A stretch of DNA of 64,000 nucleotides from Phyllosticta citribraziliensis. Taxonomy: Eukaryota. The stretch is taken from contig NW_027117348.1 in assembly GCF_038025025.1 (NCBI RefSeq), positions 1,240,001 to 1,304,000 on the forward strand, in the 5' to 3' direction. Position numbers and translations under genes: made by a program. Below, piece after piece: positions 1-12,777 of the stretch; positions within the stretch are counted from its first letter, which is position 1; each line of letters opens with the position of its first letter. Under the pieces are notes generated by a model, which saw only the letters and a list, made by a program, of their open reading frames with translations, ran no database searches and had not been told where the DNA came from.

Positions 1-1260
1 ATGTTCACGGCCATTTGTCCGCCAATATTCTGGGCCACAAAGCACGGTCATCTCAAAATGGTCAATCTGCTTCTCCAAAGTGGGGCGCGGACCGAGAGAC
101 CACACTGTCTTCATGGGTCTCCAGGCAAAGGATCACGCCATGAACTCTACAATCAATCCATTTCCGCGCTCCCAACCGTGCTTCAGCTTGCCTTGGCCCA
201 GAAGGACGATTCGATGGCTAAAACTCTATTACTCCATGGCGCTGACCCTGAACCTGCCCAGATCAATGGATCTACTGGACCATTCCGACACTTGCACCAA
301 AAGAAAATCCTGCGAATTAGGCTCGGAAATCACAGGGGAGACGTTTACAGCTCTAAATTGCTTTCGTTGCTTCGTAAAGCCCAAAGATGGGACAGACCTC
401 TCAAGGTTGCCTCATTCTGTGAATTCCTGGGGGCGCATGTACAGCCGGAGGGCATTCGACTGCGTCTCGACCATGGCAAACCCGGGACTCTCAGTTTTCT
501 ACAGGCCGCCGCATGGAAATGGGACGTGCCCATGATGAAGAAGTCTCTTGAAAAGAGGGGGAACATCAATTGCGTCAACAGCGAAGGCTTGACACCGCTT
601 CACATGCTCTTCTTGAATCCTTGGCGATTCCATTCCAACAGCCACTCTTTCAAGGAGCTTCAAAAGGCGTTGACCTTCATGGTGGACAATGGGGCCAAAT
701 TCAACAGCCTGAAAACACCCGCGCCCTTAATACTCGTCATAGCTGATGCGATTTCTCATATGGAACCTCAAGACGGAATGGAACTCTTCGATTTCTTGGT
801 CAACCAGGGCCTTACTTGCGACGATCCACGCGCGCTCGAAAAAGCAGTAGCGCATCGGTGCTACTGGCTTCTTAGTGCATTACTGGAAATCAGAATAAAC
901 AACCCTCATTTGCAGCATCCTGCCCTCATAAAGGCTGTCACGAATGCGGATCGATCAGCAGTTGAGATACTGTTGCAGTGTAAAAGAAGCGCTTCTCTCC
1001 CATGCACCATGGAAGCACTAAAAAAAGCCTGTCTCATGGTTCACAACCACGCAATGATCAGACTGCTGATCGACCTTGGAGTTCCTACCGAGAAACCCAA
1101 CATAAAGCAGGATTGCATGTTTTTACCTCCGTGCGGCGATTATCTTTGGCCACATGAAGGGCGTGTTGCCCTGACCGCAGTATTGGCAGCAAAGGCAGGC
1201 TCGAGCGCTTCGACTAATTTAGCCCTGTCGACTGATCAGCGCGGGTGGGAGCAGAACTGA
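1..1260 (+). CDS. Ankyrin-repeat protein, probably 5'-truncated by the window edge
   Basis: Ankyrin-like motifs PPIFWATKHGHLKMVNLLLQSGA, TVLQLALAQKDDSMAKTLLLHGADP, GNINCVNSEGLTPLHML and ALIKAVTNADRSAVEILL in a 419-aa ORF that starts at base 1. Confidence 0.75.
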   Translation: MFTAICPPIFWATKHGHLKMVNLLLQSGARTERPHCLHGSPGKGSRHELYNQSISALPTVLQLALAQKDDSMAKTLLLHGADPEPAQINGSTGPFRHLHQKKILRIRLGNHRGDVYSSKLLSLLRKAQRWDRPLKVASFCEFLGAHVQPEGIRLRLDHGKPGTLSFLQAAAWKWDVPMMKKSLEKRGNINCVNSEGLTPLHMLFLNPWRFHSNSHSFKELQKALTFMVDNGAKFNSLKTPAPLILVIADAISHMEPQDGMELFDFLVNQGLTCDDPRALEKAVAHRCYWLLSALLEIRINNPHLQHPALIKAVTNADRSAVEILLQCKRSASLPCTMEALKKACLMVHNHAMIRLLIDLGVPTEKPNIKQDCMFLPPCGDYLWPHEGRVALTAVLAAKAGSSASTNLALSTDQRGWEQN

Positions 1261-1741
1261 CTTGGAGAACCAAGAACAGAAATCGTCTGATTTCAGCTCT
1301 TGTTGGGTTTTCCACAATTCACACTGGTCCGACGGGCGAAGGTTTCGCCCACGCTCCGGCCTAGTCGTCTCGGCTTCCGAAACGGGCTTGACGTTGTGGT
1401 TGCTGGTACCCGCGCCAAGTATAACGTCATGGCACATGCATGCCGTGAGAATCTACCAGAGAAATCCACTGGACTGGCACAATGTTGTTTCGAAATAATG
1501 CAGTCCCGAGGAAGCCTTGCGAGGTACGGCCGGTGCGAACGACGTCACTGCTCGCCATGACGTTGTCCAAATCCCTTTCTATGTACCCAAGGACATATTT
1601 AAGTCGACCTCATTCGCCATGGCTACAACGAGACACCAAGTCAACGCAGAAATACATTTCAATCAGCTGAAAACTGCCTCCAAGCTTTCAGACCCAGAAA
1701 ACCTTTCAACTTCTACAGCAGACATTTCAAGAATCCCCGCT

Positions 1742-1981
1742 ATGAATTCCGCCCCTAACAACCCTCAAACTGGCCCCACGAAGCCTCCTGTCGGCCCTGC
1801 AAAAGTCAACGTTGGTCCAAAGCACGGCGTTGATGTCCAAACAGGAGGTCCCAAGCCCACGGGAGTCAAGGTCGGGGCAAAAAATGGAGTCGACGTAAAT
1901 GTCGGCGGAAAGAAACCAGTCGGCGTCAAGGTCGGCTGGAAGGGAGTCCATGTCAATGTCGACGGCAAGAAGATTATGTAG
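1742..1981 (+). CDS. 79-aa G/V/K/P-rich microprotein with three ~20-aa repeats
   Basis: ATG at 1742, TAG at 1979-1981. Repeats: AKVNVGPKHGVDVQTGGPK / PTGVKVGAKNGVDVNVGGKK / PVGVKVGWKGVHVNVDGKK. An intron-like element (GTATGT..GCTGAT..TAG, ~1997-2048) follows the stop. Confidence 0.6.
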   Translation: MNSAPNNPQTGPTKPPVGPAKVNVGPKHGVDVQTGGPKPTGVKVGAKNGVDVNVGGKKPVGVKVGWKGVHVNVDGKKIM

Positions 1982-3606
1982 ACACGGGGACACGACGTAT
2001 GTCTATCTGTCGGAGTAGTTGTGATGATAAGCTGATGTGCTTACCTAGGTTCAACTTAGACGACGAACACGGTCAGGACGATTTTCATTGTAAGAAGGCG
2101 CATGAACATCTATTCGGGATCGGAGAAACAGCACAGCAAATGAATTGGACGGTGTAGTACTGCGTAATTTCTAAGGACAGTAATATCGTGGCAGACTCAC
2201 TTATGATATCAACTTCTCCGAATCAAATACACCTACACACGGGCGTGGAATGTATGAGTTTTACGGGCTCGCAGCCCTTTAGACAGAACATGCCCTGTCG
2301 TGGCATCAGTTGGTTGTTCTTCTCCTCTCGCAGGTTAACCAACGTTCCCTGTGTTGACCCATCCACTGAATGAATGCCTCCTGGTGCCACATCTGAAGGG
2401 ACCTGAATGCTCCCTGTCGTCCCCTGTTTCTGCTTCAGACCTCCCGTTAAGCTCAGATTTAACCTTACTTTGTGAAACAGATGCGTGAGACACATTCCAT
2501 TTACTCAATTCAGTTGCGCGCTCACCTAGCACATCCTACCAGCTCAGCATGAGCTCGACCAAGTCCATGAACAGAAGAATACTCCAAATCGATCGTGTCC
2601 TGTTCCAAAAAATCGCAAGTTCGCATAACGGCCAAAGTCAACTATATTCACTGCGGAAATTTCAAATTCGTTGTGATTCGTTGTGGACTCCCAGCGGACG
2701 CCTTAAATCAGCCCTGCTATAGATGGTAGTGGAGCGGTTGTTCTAGAAACACTATAAAAGTCTGGGCAAGACCCCAGGGACAATCTCCAGTCAGGAGAGT
2801 GGTGCGATGGCGGCGGTGAGTTCAACGCTCAAGCCTGGGAACGGGCAGTGGCTAGTGCTTCGGGGCCGAAGCTGCGTTTCGAAAGATACAAGCGATTGAC
2901 AAGCGACGTTGGTGTTGTTGTAATGAGTGGGTCTGGGGCGACCCAAGCGAGGGCCCCTGAACTCCGAAGCTCGGATGATCTCCCCGTTGTCGCGCTGCAG
3001 CAACTTCTTCACACTACTGCAAGCGTTTCTCCGCATCGATTGCCGACCGTTTTGTATTTCGCAGTGGATGCATTCTCCCACCAGAGACGGGTTGTCGAGC
3101 AATATTCAATTTCGCTTTGGATTCAGCCTGTGCCGTCCAGACGGCGGAGACTGCCGACATCCCACTTTGAGAGCAGCACTGCTATAGTGCTCTATCGAGG
3201 CTAAAATGAGCCATTAGATACAAAGACGACCCATCACAGATCGATTGGTGGAACCATTGTCAACCTGCCATGTTGGGTGACCCAAGAACGCGGAAAAGGG
3301 ACTGCATCAGGCGCCAAAGCCGAGCCAGCACAGTGCGAACGGGACGGTTTTCCCAAACCACGTGTGACGGCGGAAGCGCAACAGAAACGGAGTAATTCAT
3401 CGGCAAGGCGGGTTTGCGGGAGCGCAACGGCTGCCAAATTCCATCGGCAAGAGCCGACAGATGCACAGTACCTCCCCAATGGGCTCCACCCCGTTTCGTC
3501 GTCCGAAACAGTGTCTTGGCAGTGGTTATGGCTGTGGAATGCTTCTTCTTATAAAAAGTTGAAGTGCTGCGTCCTTGATGGCTCATCATCACTCCAAACA
3601 CTCACC

Positions 3607-4938
3607 ATGAGACTCGCACTTCTTCCCCTTGTTGCTGCCCTTACCAGCCGCGTCGCTGCTGTCGGCGTCGTTGGCGCTGCCGAAGGTTTCGCCCATGGCG
3701 TCACTGGAGGTGGATCGGCTACGCCCGTCTACCCTTCGACGACTGATGAGCTGGTCTCTTACCTCACGGACGACGAGGCTCGCGTCATTATCCTGAACAA
3801 GGAGTAAGTTTTCGAAAGTAGTCAAAGGAGCAAATGCTAACGGTACAGATTCGACTTCACGGGCACCGAAGGCACTGTGACGGAGGATGGCTGCCGTCCT
3901 GCTTCCAACACCTGCGGTAGCAGCGGTCAGGATGCCATCAACGAGGCCGAATGGTGTACCAACGGAAACGCTGGAGACGGCTCGACCACCATCTCGGTCA
4001 CGTACGACAAGGCTGCCATTCTGGGCATTTCGGTCGGCTCCAACAAGTCCCTGGTTGGCGAGGGCACCAAGGGCGTCATTCGCGGAAAGGGTCTGAGGAT
4101 GGTCAGCGGTGCTTCCAACATCATTATCCAAAACATCCAGTGAGTTATTACGCAGTCGATGTCAAAAGGGGGAGCAGCCCTGTCCCTTCTGAAGCCACCA
4201 AGACCTCAAGATTATGGACAGTGCTGACTAGCTCTAGCATCACCGAGCTCAACCCCCAGTACATTTGGGGAGGCGATGCTTTGACTGTCAACGATGCGGA
4301 CCTGATCTGGATTGACCACGTCAAGATCAGCCTTATTGGACGTCAAATGTTTGTCGCTGGCACCGAGGCCTCCAACCGCGTCACCATCTCTTACTGCGAG
4401 TTTGACGGCAACACCTCGTGGTCGGCGTCTTGCGATGGCCACCACTACTGGTCGGTGGTAAGTGTCTCTTCCATTTGGACTTGGACAAAAGCTTACAAGA
4501 CAGTACCTCCTCGGCTCCAACGACCTCATCACCATGCAGGGCAACTACCTGCACCACCTGTCCGGCCGCGCCCCCAAGGTCGGCTCCAACACGCTGCTGC
4601 ACTTTGTCAACAACTACCACTACGCCAACACCGGCCACGCCTTCGACGTCATGTCGTCCAACGCCAACGTGCTCATCGAGGGCAACGTCTTCCAGAACGT
4701 CGATACGGTGCTGCTCGAGAACAAGGGCCAGGTCTTCGCCGCGCCCTCGGCGTCCTCCAACTCGGCCTGCGAGTCGTACCTCGGCCACACTTGCCAGGCG
4801 AACTCCTTTGGTAGCTCTGGAACTCTGACTGGAACCGACACTGGCTTCCTGTCCAGCTTTTCGGGCAAGAACGTCGCCTCGGCCAGCGCTGCCAGCGCCG
4901 TCAGCACCGCCAGTGCTGGTGTTGGTGTTGTCGCTTAA
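3607..4938 (+). CDS. Secreted pectin lyase (polysaccharide lyase family 1), 4 exons
   Basis: Signal peptide [12 protein letters not shown]; motifs [54 protein letters not shown]. Introns 3804-3848, 4140-4237 and 4458-4503 restore one reading frame. Confidence 0.93.
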
Positions 4939-5257
4939 AGTCAGCGTCATATTATTTTGGTTTCGCTTCTGTAAATACCTTTTATTAAGCCTTTCGTTCT
5001 CCCATTCAAATGTTGATATTCTTCGAGCCGAAATGTTTCTGAACTTTCTTTGTCACTCCCGAAAGGGTCGGAGATGCATCAGCCTTGTCATAAGCATTTA
5101 GTTCTCCATTCTACTTTCACCATTTTTGAATTACCCTATCCCATGGTCCTCTGTCTATCCAAGGACCAGGAATCTTATCCTCCAACCCATCCCGATTTTG
5201 AAAGAAACCTCAATCCGTGCCCATTTTTCACCAATATCTTACACTGCAAGGAGCTCC

Positions 5258-8200
5258 TCAGGACTTGCAAAGGCAGTAGCTAGTCACAGTCAGCGGTGTT
5301 TAAGTTGGACAAAAAGGTGACATACTTAGGTCCGTCGGACTCATTACCACGGCACTTCCTCTGTGCGCCATTGAGGGGGCACACCGGACATTGCTGCCAC
5401 GCAGAGCACCAACTGTCTGGGCGGTAGTCCTGGTACTCAGGGACGCCGGTGTAGTCGTCAGCGCCAACCGCGTCGTTGTGCATGTAGCCAACGGGAAGCG
5501 TCGAAAAGAGGCCGCGGCGAATCGACCACCTCCAACAGTCGCTGGTCCGCGCACCGCCGCTCTTCCACCAGTAGTGGTCGTTACGTGCAGTGTTGCCTGG
5601 AAGTGTTAGCCAAGTTGGAGCACACGGGGCGAGAAACTCACAGCTGTTCACGATGTACTGCATGTTGGCGATGCAAAGGTCCTTGAACTCGCCGCCCGAT
5701 TGAGGAGCCGAGTTGGAACAGTACGGCGTGTCCCTGCGGCCCTGGAAGTGACGAGCGACCGAACGCTCCCGGTCTCCCACGTACAGCATCTCAAGCTCGA
5801 TGGGATCCTCGTATGACGCGCTCCAGTCGACATGGAAGGGCAGGAACTTCATGATGTCCGAGTAACCCCACTTGTTGCAAGCATACTCGATGGCTGCGTT
5901 TGCTCCATCGAGCTCAAAGTTGAGACGAGGTGAGCCCTGGGCAGCGTTGAAGCACTGCAGGACACCGGAGGCAATCGTGCTCATGGAGGAATCGACAGAA
6001 GCGTTGGCGACCGGGACGAGGGACTTGAAGGCTGTGCCATTGGAACGCGCCTGAAGGGGAGCAGAGTACTTTTGACTTGTCGAAGCGGCGCCCACAGAGG
6101 CAGAGTCGGAAGACGGGTCAAAACAGAGGCATGCACCACTGTAACGACTTAGCTTTGGTTTGATGACGGAGCGCTTGAAAGACTTACCTCATGGGACGCA
6201 TGTTGTCCATGACACACTTCCTCTGCAAGCCTTTGCCTGGGCACTTGGGACATTCCTGCCACTCTGTGCAAGAGCTGTCTGGCCGGTAGCTGTCAGATGT
6301 CAAGGAATCCGCGTTCTGGGCGTCGTTTCGAGAGTAGCCACTTTCCAGCCTGGTGTTGAATTCACCACGGAGGAGCGCCCACTCATAACAGTCCTTGATG
6401 TAAGTGCCACCACTTTTCCACCAGTGAGAGTCGTTGCTCGCCGTGTCGCCTGTAAATCGTCAGTACCCATTTCCAAGAACAAAATGCACGCTTTGGTACT
6501 CACAGCTGTTGATCAGGTAACCCATATTGTCTCGGCAGGTGTTCAAAGCCACGTCCCGATCATGGAACAAATCCGGGCATGAGCCGCCTTCATCGTTCCT
6601 GGCGATGTGGAAATGAAGCGGATTTTCAATGACCGAACCGTAGTCGAGAGGGAAGTAGTCGTTCTTGGGGTCCCAGACATAAGCAAAGGCTTTGCAGATG
6701 TACTCGATGGCCTGGTTTGCGGTGTCGAGATCAAAGCTTGCAATGGCATTGCCTTGTTCAAGATTTGCGCAGCTCAGCTTGGTGTAGCCAGAGTTGTCGG
6801 GAAGAGCGGTTGCCTTGGGGGGCACTGCGCTCACGACCAGCCCAGGATTCTTGCAAGTGCAATACCTAGGTAATGATCAGCAAATGTTTCGAGCCGTGTG
6901 TGAAACGGTCACTTACTTGATGCCAAAGCTGTGGTCGTCGCATTTCCTCTGCGCATGGTCGATCGGACACTCAGGGCAGTCTTGCCAGTTGTCACAAGGT
7001 CTGTCGGTGCGGTAGCTGTCGTCAATGGGAATGACTTGATCCGCCACCACGGCATCGTTGTGAGAGTATTCGTCTGGCAGACCCTGAAAGGTGCCACGAG
7101 AAAGAGACCAGATCCAGCAAGCACTGTACTTCGAGCCACCGCTTTTCCACCAGTATTTGTCATTGCTGGAGGTATCGCCTACGAATTGTCAGTCATGTTA
7201 ACAAATGGAAAACACTGCAAACTCACATTGGTTGAGCACAAATTGGAGGCTTTCCTTGCAGAGCTCCGAGTACTCCGCAGCAGACCGAGCTCGATTGTCG
7301 TCGTACCAGCAGAGACTCTTGACATCTTCGCCTTCGCTGGTGGTATTGCCGTCGCCCCAGAACTTGATCTCGACATTGATTGGATTCTCATAGGCTTCAC
7401 CCCACTGCTTAGAGAACTCTTGGTCTCTGTGGTCAGTCGAATAGGCCCAGGATGTGCATGCCCAATCGATGGCTCGGTTTCCGCCGTCGAGGTCGAAGTC
7501 ATTCTCAGGAAATCCTTGCTCGGCCTCGACACAGTTCAGACCCGCAGATGACGATGTCGCCGACGGTGCATCGGTTGTAGTCGATGCCTCCAGGGAAGAG
7601 CTCGAGCTGGTCGACGTAGGGTTGGCAGATTCCGAATAACTGTCAGACGTGGTCGTGGTCAAAGTCCAAGGCGCTTCAGAAGTGGCGGAAGAAAATTCCA
7701 ACGAGGTCGAGCTGCTGGACGCTGCTCCAGATGACGAAGCCTCCATGGTGGCACTGGAGGAGGCTTCGGACATCGACGTCGTCGAGTTCATGGCCAAGGA
7801 CGAGGAAGACAATGAGGAATTGGATGTGCTGCTACCAGAGTCTGACTCAGGGGTCGTGGAATTGCCAGAGTCGCTTGAAAATGCAGACCTCGCACCCGTT
7901 TTGCTCGAATCGTAGCTAGACACAGCATTGGACGAGAAGACGACCGAAGACGTGGAACTGCCAAAGCTCGTCATGGCTGGCGTGGAGAAATTTGCCGACG
8001 AAGTCATCGGAGCCAAGGACGAACCCGGAGTCGGCACAGGCGAGGGCGTCAGCGTGTGGCCAGACCAACTCCCGGTCGACTTCGACGCCATCGGGGTAGA
8101 AAAAGACGAAGAACCAGTGGCAATGGGGGTCGAGTTGAGCGGAGCATACTCCCAGCAGCTCGAAGTGGTCTCTCCGCCCACACATGGGACTTGGTACGAC

Positions 8201-11200
8201 GTCAGCGGAGGATCAGAGCCGGTCCATTCCATGCTTTCAGCCGAAGTGAGGCTGCTGTACGAGCTGAGGAGGCCGGGAATGTCGACCGATGGCGTGGCAT
8301 AGCACGTGGCAGGGCTCAGTGGATTGTAGGAAGGCCGAATTTCCCACTGGAGCATTGCATCCGTGCTCATGGTCCACATCGAGCTGGGGTAGCCCGCCTT
8401 GAATGCCTCGAGGCCTCTGCCTGCGAGGTTCAGGTTGCCGTCCTCGTCTGCCGTTTGGGTGAACCAGCCGCCATCCGTAGCGATGATTGACTTGATGTGC
8501 TCGCTGATGGCAGTGTTTTGCTGCGCCAACTTGCTGTTCATGAAGTTGGTGTACGCATCAGCCCATCCTGGAGCGCCAGAGCTCGGGGGAGGAAGAGGAG
8601 CAGCGCTGCATCCAGGAGCTTTTCCAAGGTCGTCAATGGCCATGAAGCCACCCCAGTATGCAGAGTTCGACATGTTGAACCGAGAAGTGATGCCCTCGTC
8701 ATTGATCAGAGCGATAGCCGCGGCGATTTCGTTCAAGACTTGCAACTTATCGCTGTCGGACATGGTGACATTGGTGGAGCCGACTTGCTCGGTACCGTCA
8801 TCGCCGCCCCTGAGACCGTTGAGATTGGCGAGCAGCTTGGCCTTGACGTCGTTGAGAGCCGAGTCAACAGCGTAGTTGTTGAAATAGGCGTTTGCTGCGT
8901 CATTCATCAGCTTCTGAAGGCGAGGAAGGCCGTCGTAAGAGGGGTCGGGGCCAATGAAGAAGTCGTTGAATTCGTCGCAGAAGGTCGAAAGGTCCGACTG
9001 CGCGGCCATGATGGACTCCAGGAATTCCATGATCAAGGGGATGTCGTAGGCGTGGTCGACGTTGACAGAAGGCCTGTCCCCATCCAAGCTGTAGGTCGCA
9101 GGGATGCCGCCAATACCAGTCATAATCGGGCTCGCCGTCAAGGATGTGACATTGTCGAATTTCTTGTACGTGAGCGTGGGGCAAGCTCCCTCGGTCTCGC
9201 TAGCCATTGTTGCGGCGTACCACTCTGTCGCGTCGCTGCTGGTGGCCAAAGAAGTTGCGGCTGGCCAGGTGGCGATGCGGATGAGGATTGGGATTGCAGT
9301 AGTCGATCCACGCGCCGGATCATACTCATTCCTGCTGAAGGAGCAGCCGCCGACATGATTGAAGCCGTTTGCACCAGCCTCTGGATCGATTTTCTGGAAG
9401 GACTGCTCATCCTCGCTCTCGAATGCCTGGTCGTCGAGCTTGAAGTCGTACTCCCAGCAGCCAGAAGATGCAGACGCTGTGGTAGCAGTAGCCGTGTTGG
9501 AGGCGACGCTGCAGCCGATGGTGGGAGTGCAGGAGCTGGTCGTTCTCGTCGCAGTTGTGGAACCAGATGCGTCTACACCAAAGCTCGTCAAGGTGGAACA
9601 GACTTCGGTCGTAGTCGTGGCGCAGCTACTGCTTGACTGAGAGGAGCTGGTGGACTGCGAAGAGCGGGTAGATTCGGAGGAGCTTGTCGACTTGGAAGAG
9701 CTGCCAGACTCGGAAACACTTGCCGACACGGAAAAGCTGGCGAGCTCCGAGGAAGCGCTGCGGGTGATGGAGGCAATCTCAGACGAGAGGCTCGAAGCGT
9801 CAGAACCAGTGGCAGTAGAAGTGACAGAAGAAAGGCTGCTAAGATGGCTGCTGAGCGAGGCCTGGTCAGATGTGGAGGACTGCGAGGAGCTGGTCGACTC
9901 AGAGGACGCGTAATTGGAAGAGCTGGGCGACTGGGAAGAGCTAGTCGGCTCAGAAGAACTGCTGGCCTCAGAACCGCTCGTAGACTTGGAAAAGCTGGTG
10001 GACTCGGAAACGCTGGCCGACTGGGAAGCGCTGGCCGACTCAGTAGAGCTGCCAGACTCCGAAGACTTGGTCGTCCTTGCACTAGCAGAAGCAGGTTCAT
10101 TGGGATCGCTATCCGAAGGCTTTGGCTCAAACTCAAACGTTGGGTTACCAAAGCCATCAATCGTGAGAGCAGGAATGGACATCCAACCTGGGCCGGGCGG
10201 CTTGATGGGAGGATAGATGCCAGGGAGAGTGAGCTCAGGAAGACGGAACCCAGGAGGGCCAGGTGGGCAGAACCAGCAGCCACCTGGAAGCACGGGGAAG
10301 TGAATACGGTGCAAGTGCCCATGATGGTCTTTGGAAACCGAGTCCTCATGCGTGCCCTTGGTCTTCTTCGGGTCCTTTGTCGATGGCTTCTCACTCTCGC
10401 TCAGAACGATCGGGACGGGAGTGATCAGGACAGGCGGAAAAGTGGTCTCGCTGGTAGAAGTAGAAAGGGTCGAGGTTTGGCTACGACTCTGCATGCTTTC
10501 GGCGGAGCTGATAATGGATTGCGATGCATCAGAAGACGAACTGGCCGTGGGATTTGGGGTGGGTGCAGATGGAGTTGGCAGGTTCGTGGCGCGCACGCTT
10601 GAAGATGATGCTGCGTTCGCAGACGTCCGAATGCTCCCTGCCGCAGTAGACGACGACGTCTGGATGCTCCCCGACAGTGAAGACGAAGACGACTGGATGC
10701 TCCCCGTGACAGAAGATGACAATGCAGAGCCTTCCAAATTGCTCGACGAAGCGCCAGCCACCATGCTAGTTGATGAGAACGAGCTGGTCCAAGGCAAGGC
10801 GCTTTGTGAACCTTCAGCAAAAGTCTGAGGCGGAATCACGATGATAGCGCTGCCGTTGGCGTTTGTCGTGGAGTAGGCCTCGGAAAAGCTGAAACTGGAA
10901 GCGCTGAACGGGGCGCTGACCGTCTGGGGCGGAATCACGATGATTGCGCTGCCGTTGGAGTTGGTCGTAGAGTAGGCCCCAGAAAAGCTGAGACCGGAAG
11001 TCATCGACGACGAGATGCCGGTCGTTTGAGGCGGCACTGCAACCGCGGTCGTGCTGCCGTTGATGGTGACCATAGACAAGGCATCAGAAAAGCTGAAACC
11101 AGAAGTGGCGGAAGCGCTGCTCGTTGCCAGAGGCGGAATTGGAACCACGGTCGTGCTGCCGTTGACGATGGCCGTTGTGGAGGCATCAGGAAAGCTAGGA

Positions 11201-12777
11201 CCGGAAGTACTGGACAAGGTGCTGGCTTCAAAAGAGCTGAGGCCAGGATTGCCCAGCGAGGCGCTGGTCATCTGGGTCGGAATGGCCGTAACAATAGTGC
11301 TGCCATTGAACGTAGTCGTGTAAGAGGCTTCTGGAGAGCTGAGGCCAGAACTACTCAGCGAGGCGCCGGTTGGCAGAGGTGGAAGAACAACCACAGTCGT
11401 GCTCCCATTGACAACAACCGTAGACGAGATTTCAGAGGGAACAAAGCTGAAAGGGCTCGACGAGGTGCTGGCAGTCTCAGGCGGAACGGCCGTTACGAAT
11501 GTGCTGCCGTTGACAACAGCCGTAGACGAGATGCCACTGGAGATGAAGCCAAAAGAGCTCGACGAGGCGCTGGACATCCAAGGCGGAAAAGCTGGCAGGG
11601 TCGTGCTGCTGCTGGTAGTGGCCATAGATGACAAATTGAAGGAGCTCAGACCAGAAGTGCTCAGCCAAGCACTGGAGCTCAGAGGCGGGATACCTGTCAC
11701 GAGCGTGCTGCCATTGACGACGGTGGTAAAAGGAACCTCTAGTGAGCCGGGACCGGGCGTGCTTGAAGTGGCGCTGACCGTCGAAGGCGGGGGAGTGGTG
11801 AAAAGAGAGCTGCCGCTGACCGTAGTCTTTGATTGAACATTGGATGAGCCGAGACCAGACGTGATTGAGGAGGCACCTGTTGACGAAGGTGAAAGACTGG
11901 TGATCGAAGCGCTGCCACTGGCCGTAGTCATTGACCAGACGTCTGATGATCCAAGACCGGACGTGGCTGACGAGGCACTGGCCGTTGGAAGCGGGAGAAT
12001 GGTGACCACAGCGCTACCACTCACCGTAGTCGTCGAAGTGACACCTGACTCGGAGTAGGAGGAGGCTTGGAGGCCACCCGAAGAGCTCAAAGGCGGGAGG
12101 AAGGTGACAGCAAAGCTGGTGAGGACCGCGGTGCCATTGACCGTTGCCGTAGACGTAACCACCGACTCAAAGGAAGAGACGTAGGCCGAGCTGCTCCATG
12201 TGCTTGGGCTGGTAACGTTGCTCGTCGTCGACAGTGTGCCCGGGAGAAACGAAGAGTCAGAAGGCAAGGAGGTACCGGAAGTGAGCCAGGTAGAGTAGCC
12301 GGGGGTCGGAAGCGACGAGAAACCAGGCGTCAAGGGCCAAGGCGTGTGCACTGGGACCTCAGGTGTAGACGGAGAAGCAGTGGTGAAGGAGACACTGGTC
12401 AGATCACCGCTTGGCTTCGGAAGCACCAAAGTACTGGATGTAGAGGTACCCGTGGTTTGCACACACGGAGCAGGCAGAGTGATAAAGCTCGTCTTGACGA
12501 GGGTGAGAGTCGTGATACTGACGCTGTCACCCAACAAGCCTGTGCTGCTGGCAAAGGGCGAAAGACCGTCGGCAGTGAGGAAACCAGAAGAAGAGAGAGT
12601 AGAGGACCAGGTAGACGGGAGAGCGACGTTCGAAGCCTCCCAGATCGTACGCGTGTAGTGCGCGCCCGAGGTGTCGATGCCATGATCTGAGAGAAAACCG
12701 GTGGTGAAAGCAGGGAAAACCAGGATGTTCAGAGCCATGACAGCCAAGAGGAGCTGCCAAAGCACTGGGGGTGCCAT
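5258..12777 (-). CDS. Giant secreted Ser/Thr-rich modular protein (~2,408 aa, 7 exons) with a central DHxY(D/E) domain and three C-terminal Cys-rich tandem units
   Basis: ATG at 12777 with signal peptide MAPPVLWQLLLAVMALNILVFPA. Introns 7179-7226, 6866-6916, 6450-6503, 6139-6187, 5597-5641 and 5280-5325 give a 7,227-nt in-frame CDS ending NYCLCKS-TGA at 5258. Confidence 0.85.
10830..12200 (-). repeat. Coding tandem repeats of ~32-33 aa (approx. SGLSSxxxSSTxxVNGSTxVTxxPP) forming a mucin-like stalk
   Basis: Recurrent VNGST/NGSA and IPPQT motifs in the translation. Each NGS is an N-glycosylation sequon. Confidence 0.8.

Noticed and set aside
7454..12690. Many plus-strand ORFs rich in E/V/L/D opposite the giant secreted gene
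   Set aside because: Antisense shadows of Ser/Thr-codon repeats, with no independent motifs.
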